Source: Octopus sinensis
Lineage: Eukaryota
Length of the DNA stretch: 64,000 bases
NCBI RefSeq assembly: GCF_006345805.1
Contig: NC_042997.1
Span: 83,452,001-83,516,000, forward strand
Direction: 5' to 3'
Part shown: positions 52,738 through 64,000 of the stretch, in pieces
Layout: every line of letters starts with the position of its first letter
Numbering within the stretch: the first letter of the stretch is position 1
The notes under the pieces: model-generated
What the model was told of the DNA's origin: nothing
The model's database searches: none
What the model saw: the letters and a program-made list of their open reading frames with translations, nothing else
Program-made: the position numbers and the translations under genes

Positions 52738-55641
52738 ATATCTATATTAAAAGCCACAAGTTGTTGTTTATAATAACCATATAACCCTACCCTGATATGT
52801 TATTGTACATATTTACAAGTTTGGTTTTAGTTACCTTTTTTTTTACAGAAATAATTCTTTATTACTGTATATAGCTTTATTTTTTGGAAAACTATATCAT
52901 CTTTTACACATATTGGTACATTTCTTTTTAGCATTCTTTATTGATTTTTATTTTGTTTAACTTTATTTCTGGCATAGAGAACTCATGTGATTTCTCCTTT
53001 TTCTTTATGTGAGGACCTTTAATGTTGACTAGAGAGTTCTCAGTTTATTATTCTTTTCTCTAGAGATATTGTTAAGAAATTATTTTGACTGTTGACAATA
53101 TTGATGTTCTCATAGATTCTTGTCTGTGATGTGATTCAGTTCTATTTTCCTTCCTTTATATACTGCAATTTTCCCATGTAATAGATTTAATCTCTTGCCC
53201 ACTTTCATGCAACAACTTGGTGTCTGTATGCTTTGTTATGAGCATTTAGACTAAGTTTCTGGTCTGAGATCTGATATCTAAATCTTCCTCCCTACTCCTT
53301 CACCAGTTTCAGATGCCTTGTTGATAGGTCATGGGTTCTGCTATTCCTCCTTTGACCAAACCTTTTAGCAGTTCTATCATTAACAAAATGATCTCTGCAT
53401 TACTATTTGAAACTTGTTGACATTCTGTTCAGCATAAAATTTCTATGTTATTTACAGAAGACTGGGAATATAAATACCTTGTAACTCACTGGGATTTGGG
53501 GCCCTGCTAAAAATGTTATTCTGATGTAATGTGTCCCAGCAAAGCCTTCTATGTCCAAACTCAACCAGCAACAATGTGATGCACATGCTGCATGATGTAT
53601 CTATGCAAGAATCAAAAGGTTATAGAGCCAATTGCCAACTTAACTACATCTTTATGTTGCTAGCATTTCAAATCCTAGGATCCTCACTAAACAACTAATC
53701 ACTTCTTCATGTTAATAAATCTTCAGTTACTAAAACCAAATATCAGTCTAATCCCACCGTTTAACTCATTTGTTTTAATACCAGTTTTCATTATAATTTT
53801 TAAAACAAAAACAGCCGCAAAAAAGTACTGTCTTTCTCTACATTACTACTGAACAAAATTCATAAAAATTTATTTTTCATCTAAAAAATCCTTTTCTCCT
53901 TTGATCAAAGGGAAGAAAGAAAACTTCTTAAGGTAAAAGGATAAAAGAAAAAAAATATTTAAAAATATTTATTTCTCATTGACATTGTCATGGTGATAGT
54001 GATCCTCGTCATAATTACATTTGTAAATATGTAAAACTATTGAGAACTTATTTTTACAAAATTTACATAATTTTTCCATATATACTCTGGATAGTATTTT
54101 ATATTGTTTCAGTGAATGTTTTTCAAATTTTGTATTATTTTTGTATTCTGTATAAGTATTTCCAACATTTTCTTTGTATTTTTTGTGATACTAATCTTAT
54201 TTATAAATTAACAATTACCATCTAACTTGTATTTTACTGGTGTAATCAACATTTCTTTTAAGCGTTCACTAGAAATGAAGAAACCTTTGATTGCTTTATA
54301 TCTTGCATCAGATTATGAAATAATAATACTGTGATAGAGAGAAACCTGGATATTCATAATTAGTTTGTGGAAATAATTAGTGAAATTACAGTTAATTAGT
54401 GGAATTATATTTATGAATCTATGGGAATGACTTCAGAATGTCTGCCTGCTCATCAAAACAGAAAAAAAAATTAATGTTTAAAACATTGTTGTTATCTTGA
54501 AACAGCCTTATATTCATATTATACCAAATGGAACTGATTTTTATCCTTAGACAAGGTACCTGTCTTTCATTACCTCTGCCTACTTAGCTGTAGAGAGGCA
54601 CCATGCATAGTTACAACACTCTGTTATACTTATGACTTAAATGAAGTAATTCTTTATACATACAGCATTTATTTTACACTTTTATGTGTTAGAGTCATTT
54701 TCAAGCCACCACAATTTTTAAAAACCTAAGTGAGCTTATCATTGATTACAATAAAAATTTAGTAATAAAAGAACATTATATCCTGTTTCCAGCAGCTAAT
54801 CTGTCATGAAATATCAATCAAAATACCCATTGACAGCTACTACTTTATAGTCTAGAGCAACAAACTCATTGTCTGTAACTACAGTAATACATGGTTCATA
54901 TATTACACATGTAATATACAACTAACATTTACTTTGAGGGAAAGGTTGTATGTTTTATATTGTGGCAGTAATTCATAGTTTCATTAAGTATGAAATCAGT
55001 TTATTTGAAAATGTTATTCTTGAATGTTGTAGGCTGCCAAATGGTAAAATTAAAGTAAAACAAAAGCAATGAAGCTTCTGCCAATCTCAAGTTTCTTTGC
55101 ATAAATCCTTATTGATCTTTCACAATGGTAAATTGCTAATTCAGTTCGAAAGTAAATTGGAAGGGACAGCATTTATAATTATTTATTGATTTCTTCCCTC
55201 TCAGTCTTTGGATTATCTGTCTATGGTTTATTTACACTGAGTCTGATTGGTCAGTGAATTTTGAATGTTTATGTTTGTTCAATGCCACACCCTTCCTTCA
55301 CCTTTGTCTGATAGAGCTGTAACTGTTGCTCCAAGATGGTGCATTTTAGCAGAGTGTTACAATATTGGCAAATAGTTCCAGAAATGTTTGCACTCTCTAG
55401 TGTAGTCTTGGCAAATAAGTATGGCAAGTAAAATATACCATATACTCTAGGTATAATCATAGCTTATTGATAGGTAGTGTACTGAATACACACATACTTA
55501 CTACATAAACATTTTAAATAGTTTTTGTTTACTTAACAATTAAAATCTAATATCTAAGATACTGTGATTAAAACTGTAAAAAGATTCATTTTGTCTCAAA
55601 GTTGTTATATTTTATTGATAATGAAAGCATTTTAAAATCTT

Positions 55642-58600
55642 TCAAAATTGCTGTTCATCATCTGGTGTTAAGTCTGCATATGGGTCTGTATAACTGTCAT
55701 CCTCCTCTGTGTATCTTCTCAATAAATTCATTCTTCGCATCCATTGCATTTGAAATGCTACACTAAAAAATGATTTTACATTTTCTACAGAAATGGCATC
55801 ATAAAATTTTTTTTTATCAGGAAAATCCCTTAATTCATCCATTGGTGGTACACATATAGTGCTACTGTTTGCAAATGACAGTTCTTCCTCTACCAGCCAT
55901 TTATTTCACTTCCCACAAATATTGTCTTCAAAAAATGTGTGGATGTTTGGTTAAGTTCTCTTTCTAACCACTGTACAGCACCTTGACCTAATGACTATCA
56001 TACATAGCCTTAGCTTGATCAATATTTTGTGAGTGAAATTAGGAAATGGAAAATATGTGGAAGCCTGTCATATATATATATATATATATTTCATAGATAA
56101 ATATTGGAGAAGAATGTTAAACACCAGTGAGAAAACCAAGAAACTGATGTTCTTTGAACAAAGTCTCCTATGATATTTTTTCAACACTACTCTGTAGACA
56201 CTCATTTGATAAATCTGTTAGAAGCCTATGACCAATGATGTCAATATTTTCCCATTGCAATATTGAATACATAAATAACTTATATCAAGAAATTGAACCA
56301 CAGATATTACTTATCACATTACCTCCCCGGCATTTGTTCAGATATAGTATTGTTTAATTGAAGTTGTTTCTTGACATTGTGTTAAATGGTATAATGTTTT
56401 TAAACCAATTAGTTGTTTTCATTGCTTTGTCTGCCAGGTCACTTCCTCCTATATATTGTTAATTCATAAATGTTTATCAACTTCTGTATATGCAAAAAAC
56501 CTGAACTTCCACTGTCCAGTAAGATTACATAAATGTATATGCATGTAAACTGAGTTTGGAAGTTTGCTGAAGGTCTATTCAATTTTAGTTTACTGTAGCA
56601 ATACCAAATTAATAATCATGAAGCAAGAATGTAGCTTAGTTGATTGGTACTTTAAAATTTTTGCTTTCATCTATGCTACAACTGTGAGTACCAACAAGAA
56701 CATTAAATATAGATGATTTAGTAAATTAGCTTGTTGGCCAGTTCTGTGGTGGAGGGAGTTGATAAGTGAATGACTATTTCACTAGGTCGCATGCTGTTGG
56801 TATATATTACACTTGTAGATTGTTTACATCTCTGATACAAATATCAGATCATAGGTCCAGGCATACTGTAGACTACTAATATAGACCATATTTAATACTA
56901 CTATATTAGTATTCTGTGTAAACTGTAAATTTAAAGATAAAAAGTGTTTGCTACTAAAGTACAACAAAGTTCTTACTAATAACTTTTGGTGTGGTGCTGA
57001 AGATCTTTTAGGTTACTTTTTGCAGTATGCACCCTTAGATACTGGTACATATGGTACCAGTAACTGCTATTAAGTTTTGTTATAAAAATAATGAAGTGTA
57101 GTTCTGTTTCTAACCCTGGAGGTGTATAATGTAAGGAATAGATGATTTATGAATTATATCGGTCAGTTGGCAGCAAGTATGCACTGAAAAAGTTTGCTCT
57201 AAATTTTAGAAAGATCGCCTTTATTTGGATTTTAATACTCGCACATTCTATGTGCATCTAGGACCAGGCTGGCTTATTTAATGAGAATAAGCTTAAACTA
57301 GAAATTTGAGCTAAAACTTGAGATCAGCTTATGTGCCATGATTTATGGTGTGTACACAGAAAGTGCACACAGAAATTAGTTAGAAATTAGAAATATGGTG
57401 TGCACACAGAAATTAGAGAATTTGCATGTCATATTTTAACATCTGCCAATATTTATGTTAAAAGATTTATTACTACTGTTCTTGAGTCGTGTGTGTCCAT
57501 ATTTATGAAACAGAAAGTAACTTATGTCAAATCTTTATTAAACCACCACACTTTACATTATTTTCAAATATAATTTATTCATTTATTATTGAAACATTGC
57601 AATAAAATATCAAGAACCACATTATTTTGCATGTTTACATTCATTCACAATTGAAATTATAATCATTTAAATTTCATTAACAAGATTGATGACCAGAAAG
57701 TACATTTTACAATTTCTGAAAAATGTACAAAATCACATTCAAATACAAAGAATCCATTAAAAGAAAAACAAAAAAGCAAATTAAAGGAACTTATTAAATG
57801 AAAAAAAAAAAAAAAAAAACCTGAAATAATTCATAAAATTTAATAAATTTCTCATCAAAATTTGGTTTAGGGAGACTTGAAGAATTGAACAAGAAGCTAT
57901 CATAAGATAATATAACATAAATTCAGTAAAGAAAGAATAGTGTGCCTTACAAGGATGCCTAAAACATCTAATTTTTCTCAAAATAACTTATTTTACATTT
58001 TGTTTTATTCTTTGAATGAACTTTTGTTAGCTCTAATTACTGCTAGTGGCTTCATAATCTAGTGATTATTTTTGATAATTTTGAAATTTAATTAAAAGGG
58101 TAACAAATTTGTGTTTACACATTTATATATCTGGCAAGTTTTCATTGGTTAAGGCCTGAATCGTATGACTGGTTTTTATCAAACATAGACCTATGGTGTT
58201 AATGAACAAAATACATGCTTTCTGATGACTTCATAAATTTATGTCTCAGATTATTGATTTTCTTTTCTTATATAAGCTTAATAGCTAAAGCAAATGGTAA
58301 AATGGAATGCTGTGGCATTCATATCTCTTTCCCAAGCATTAATAGTGACTTAAGAAATATAGCAGACTGAAAAAAATCAATCCTAGAAAATGTATGAACT
58401 ATAGATTGTCAAGGAACAAAATGTGAGTCCAGCAAAATTTTAATTCAGAAAGGAGACAGTAGGTCCACTGTATCAGCAACATACACTACTCTTAAGAGGG
58501 ATACATTTAAAAATTTATTTTCTACTTTATGTAAATCCATATGACTATACCATTTCCAAAATGGATTATTAATTTCAATTTTACTCTTTTTTTTTTTATG

Positions 58601-59990
58601 AAACAAAATTCTGTTTGATGGAAACTCATTCAGTTAACCAGTTTTTAAACATACATCTATAAGAGTTACAGATAACTAAAATATTAAGTAGTTGAGTTAA
58701 GGACCAGATGTTATTACCTAGCACTCAGCTGTATTTCTAAATAGTAGTCAACCTATGTTATGAAATAGGTACCATGCTGAGGTACAATATCACAGATGTG
58801 TACAGCAAAAACACTGTATAACTGATAAGCATTTTCATTGGTTTGCAGTTAAACCTGAATTTTTTAATGAGCAAAAATCAGTGGTAAATAATTTTTAAAA
58901 AGGGAACTGTTTTTCAACTGCTCAACACACAATGACGTGGGACAAATTGCAACTCCTTCCAGTAATGTTACTAAAAACAAAAGAGAAGTGTTTACATATA
59001 GCTTTGATAATCATTTCAAATATAAACACAGATAATACTTTAAAAAATAATTTCATCAATATTATTATGCATTTACATACTTTAAAGAGCAAAAAGAAAA
59101 ACCTCAAGGGCTGCGAGTCGGTAACTGTCTTCTTGGCATATGTTTGCAACTGATTGAAAGGGAAAATTAACCATAAAAGAAGATGACTTTAATTTCTATA
59201 TTGTTGCAGACAGAGTAAAAAGAGGGAAAGATTTTAATAATAGTCTGGTTTAGTTGCATGAAAACTCATAATTAGTATTTTTACCATCATAAAATATATA
59301 AGAAAATTTTGTCTTCCAGATTTTGGTCCCTGAGAAACTTTTTTTTACAAAAATCGATAATTTGTGTGTATCTGTGGGCATCTGTAGTTAAGGACATGGA
59401 GGTGTTTGTGTCTTGCATAATACTTTGGGGTATTTTGTGCAACATTGTGTGGTATATGTATGGTGAATGATAGTTACAGGGATTCAAAATCATATCATTA
59501 ACCTCGATAGAAGAAGGAAGTGGTTTATTATGGGCTAATATCACATCTCAAATAAATGAACACTTTTATGGTGTATTCTATTTTCAAGTTCTACACTATT
59601 GCATCATCAAAGACTTTGTTTTAAATTTGCTTGTACTATATTCCCAGCAAAAACATCAGTTAAAACTTTTACTGTGAAAAGCATAAAAATTTTATCGTTC
59701 TTAACTGCAGAAAGCAGTTTTTGTTGAGGGAAGTCATGTTGAGACTATATTCTCTTGATACATGTCAATTTATTGAGGCAATGTGACTTGCACAAAAATA
59801 CAAATTCTATTTTGGGGTTGATGTCATTATTACCGGAATGATCATGAAATTTAACTTTGATTTTGTATTTAGTTTGCAAGATTCTTGATGTGAATTCATG
59901 TTGAAACAGATCTTGTATCTTGGTAGGGTCATTATGCCAATAATAATAATAATAATAATAAAAAAGATGCAATTTAATTTCATGGTTGAA
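55642..59990 (-). pseudogene. Decayed protein-coding region of unidentified family
   Basis: Colinear same-strand protein-like segments (59745-59972, 59287-59544, 58115-58588, 56120-56257, 55642-55905) broken by stops and frameshifts; terminal TGA at 55642 followed by AATAAA (55611-55616). Judged from manual translation only. Confidence 0.55.
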
Positions 59991-60052
59991 AATCCCACTC
60001 TAGGTCCTACCTCATATGCAGTTAGGCCTCATATGAAAAAAAACTCATAATA

Positions 60053-60424
60053 GGTGCAAGTGTGGCTGTGTGGTAAGAAGTTTGCTTTCCAACCACATTC
60101 TTGGGCAAGTGTCTTCTATTATAGCCTCGGGCTGACCAAGGCCTTGTGAGTGGATTTGGTAGGCAGAAACTGAAGAAGCCCATCGTAATATATATATAAT
60201 CTATGTATGTATTTATGTGTGTGTGCCTTTGTGTCTGTGTTTGTCCCCACTACCATTGCTTGACAACCAATGCTCGTGAGTTTACATCCCTGCAACTTAG
60301 CAGTTCAGCAAAAAATACCAATAGAATAAGTATCAGGCTTACAAAGAATAAGTCCTGGGGTCAATTTCTTCAACTAAAAAGGTGGTACTCCAACATGGCT
60401 ATAAATGACTGAACAAGTGAAAGA
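60053..60424 (+). mobile_element. SINE family B
   Basis: Colinear with 41677-42053. Confidence 0.8.
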
Positions 60425-61288
60425 ATAATTGTAGTAGACCAAGAAGACACTGGGAGGTGTCTTGCCCCCTACTAAGCATACATTTAATTACAAGTGAGCA
60501 TGGCACATGAGGAACTACGTTTATCTCCTCTGAATCTGGTCATGGGAGTTCAAGTTGGGCTTAAGGCTCCTAATGAATTGGGTCTCTTCTATCTTTAGAT
60601 CCATGAAATGAGTTCCCCAAGAGTAACACAACAGAACCACTGGACCAAACAAAAGCCACAGTGTATGTTTTACAGAAAAATGCTGTTTGGAATACAAAAT
60701 AAACAGATTAGAAGACATACACTTAATCTCCCTGATGATGAATGTAAGTACCCAGAAAAGCATGGAAAAGGCTCAATAGTCCCAAATTACTTCCTTGCTA
60801 TGTGCCAATGGGAAATAGTAGGACTTTCTTAGTAATAAGTATACTGCTGGGATTGAAAATTATAATTGTATGAGGACATGCATACAATATAAAGTGATAT
60901 GTATATAAACACACACATATATGTATGTACACATAAAATGTATTATGCATATATGTACTTAAATATATGAATAGGCATTGTTGTGTTGTTAAGATGTCTG
61001 CTTCCCATTCAAAGACTTTTGAGTAAATTTGGTCATATATGTGTGTGTGTGTGCACGTGCTTGTGTATACCCATGTCTTGTCACCATGGTTGTCAGTGAG
61101 CATGTTTGTTTCTAGTCTTCTGTGGGAAATATGTCTGGCCATACGAAATATTGTCTTGCTTGAAAACAGGTATGGATTGGTGACAGGAAGGGCATCTAGC
61201 TGTAGAAAATCTGCAACAACATATTGTCTGACCCATGCAATCATGGAAAGTTGTACGTTAAATGATAATGAGGATGATGATGTGCGTA

Positions 61289-61319
<31 letters not shown>

Positions 61320-61874
61320 CTTCAGCAGTATACACACACACATACATATGTGTGAAGGCACATAGCTTCGTGATTAGGGTGTTGAACTCATGATCATGAA
61401 GTTATGGCTTTGATTTCTGGGTAAGGTAACACATTGTGCCCTTGAGTAAAACGCATAATTTTTTGCTCCAGTCTGCTTGGCTGTAAAAGAGTACCAGTCT
61501 AGTTTTACTGCAGCCTGGTGCATCTCTTTTTCTATCTGGTTGTCATACCCTGTATGTTCCCCTGGATCAGAGGGTGGGATTCACAAGAGGGTCTACGTCT
61601 GCTTGTGACTACACAGACACCTAAAACAATTTGTGAACACATGGAATAAGCTACACGGTTGTACTTGTTTATGAGTGATGCTTATGGTGTGTGTGTGTGT
61701 GTATGTGTATAGATATGTATAACAATTTAGCTAGGTATTAAATAACCACCTAAAGGATATTAAATATCTGAAGAATTTACTGTTTTTTTTTATATCAATA
61801 ACAATGTTATGAACTATTGCTCTTAATAAATAGGTAAATAAATAAAATAAACATACAGTTTATCAATATATAAA

Positions 61875-62258
61875 TATAAATTAGAAATGGAAACCAAAAC
61901 AATAAATTGAACAATTAAATAAATTTAATCAACAAATGATAAATTCAATTCAATTTAATTATTTTATTCAAACAACTGACACATCTCATAAAATACAGCT
62001 GTTTCCACTTCATTTATAAAACCAAGTTTTTCAAGAATAATAAAATACCATTTAAATATAATGAGGCTTCATCAGATTGACATATCTTCTTAAATATATT
62101 TCATAAAAAACTTGGTTTTATTAATGAAGTGGAAACAGCTGTAACTTGAGATATATCATTTGTTTGTATAAAATAATTAAATTGAATTGAATTTATCATT
62201 TAATGATTAAATTATTTCATTTTCAATTTATTGTTTTGGTTTCCATTTCTAATTTATA
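61875..62258. repeat. AT-rich inverted repeat (about 155-bp arms), MITE/foldback-like
   Basis: TATAAATTAGAAATGGAAACCAAAACAATAAATTG...CAGCTGTTTCCACTTCAT...AAACCAAGTTTTT is mirrored at 62104-62258. Confidence 0.85.
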
Positions 62259-62259
62259 T

Positions 62260-63090
62260 ATATACTATATATATATATAGATATATATATATAAGCATAT
62301 ATATATATATATAATATATATATATATCTATATAACATATATATATATATATATATATATAGATATTATATATAAGCATATATATATATATATATATAAT
62401 ATATATATAAGCATATATGTATATCTATATATAAGCTATATATATATATATATTATATATATAGATATATTATAGCATATAATTATATATATAGATATAT
62501 ATAATAGCATATATATTATATATAGATATATATATATAAGCATATATATATATATAGATATATATATATAAGCATATATTATATATATAAGCATATATAT
62601 AATATATACAGCATATATATATATATATATATATAATATAATCATTATATATATATATATATATATATTATAGCTATAATATATATATATATAAGCATAT
62701 ATTTTATTATATATATAAGCATATATATATTATATATAGCATATATATATATATATATAATATATATATATATAAACATATATATATAACATATATATTG
62801 TATATATATATATATAATATATATAACATATATATATATAACCATATATATATATATATATATATCTATATATATATAAACATATAAATATATATATATA
62901 TATAAACATATTATATATAGATATATATATAAAAATATATATAATATATATAAAAAATAATATAATATAAATATATAAAAATATAAATATATAATATATA
63001 TAAACATAAAAAAATATACTATATTATATAATATTATATATATATATATAATATATATAATATATAAACATATATATATATGTGTGTTTG
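62260..63090. repeat. Degenerate (TA)n field with recurring AGC interruptions
   Basis: Read directly from the sequence. Confidence 0.9.
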
Positions 63091-63667
63091 TGTGTATGTA
63101 TTATTACTATATATTTGTGTGTATATATGTATATGCTTTTGTGCAGGCATATGTGTGTGTGTGTAAATTATAAAAAGTCAGGAGGTATGAGAGGTGAATA
63201 TATTTAAGTACTTAATGTCCATAGGATAATAAAAACAGCTGTCATCCTATGGACATCAAGTATTTAAATAAATATATACCTCCTGCTTTTAATGATCTAT
63301 AAACTTTGCATGAAGTAATTTCATATACTGGATCAACTGGATTTCAGTTGCATAGGATTCTCCATTATACTCCTCCATATTGGATTACTATGTGGTATGG
63401 TAGCCAGGTCAACTAAAGGAGCTTTCAGTGATTATCACAAATATAAATATATAGGTGCAAGGTGTAGCTGTGAGGTAGGAAGCTTGCTTCCTAACCACAT
63501 GGTTCCAGGTTCAGTCCCACAGAGGAGCATCTTGGGCAAGTGCCTTCTACTATAGCCTCAGGCCAACCAAAGCCTTGTGAGTGGATTTGGTAGAAAGACA
63601 CCGAAAGAAGCCTGACATATATATATATATGCATAGATACATATGTATATGTACATACTTACATCTA

Positions 63668-63708
<41 letters not shown>

Positions 63709-64000
63709 GTATAGATATATGTACATATATGTATGTATATATTCATATATACATATATATATTATTTCTATTATTTTATGATTGAATGCCATGCATTGTC
63801 TTCCAAGTAAGTTTTATCTATATATATATATATTGTTGTTTGGGGAGAGTCATTCTCTTTTAGTCCCTTATTATTTAACACACACACCAGCTCAGTTTCC
63901 ACTCATTTATTTATTTATTATTTTTTTCCTAAAATTTTCGTTGCTTCTTGCAACCTTTTCAATAGCCATTGACTCTGTCCATTATCCAAACTGTGTCAAT

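Noticed and set aside
55269-55460. 63-aa minus-strand ORF with CQYC
   Set aside because: Lies downstream of the stop and AATAAA of the decayed gene; no splice or motif support.
56340-56520. piggyBac-like (YIGGSDLAD, MSRNNF) and retropepsin-like (LLDSGSS) words
   Set aside because: The piggyBac words are in the wrong order and no other catalytic motifs are present; insufficient to classify the decayed region.

Overview
Eukaryotic, AT-rich, microsatellite- and retroposon-dense animal DNA; the SINE families, RTE LINEs and (TA)n/(TACA)n load suggest an octopus (inferred, not proven). There are no prokaryotic features, rRNA, CRISPR array or convincing tRNA gene. One intact gene could be reconstructed: a six-coding-exon + strand short-chain dehydrogenase/reductase (RDH11-14/WWOX-like, 39840-52737, 355 aa) whose fourth intron is GC-AG. 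Convergent with it on the - strand is a roughly 4.3 kb decayed coding region of unidentified family (about 59990 to 55642). The left half is a transposon graveyard: Penelope-like, RTE, REL-endonuclease LINEs, a Tc1 > hAT > RTE nest, mariner and a deleted Gypsy. Other observations include several degenerate hammerhead-ribozyme-like motifs, long inverted repeats and a roughly 2.1 kb (GCAC)n array. Most long ORFs in the supplied track are repeat translations. No clearly novel biological system could be demonstrated; the best leads are listed as findings.
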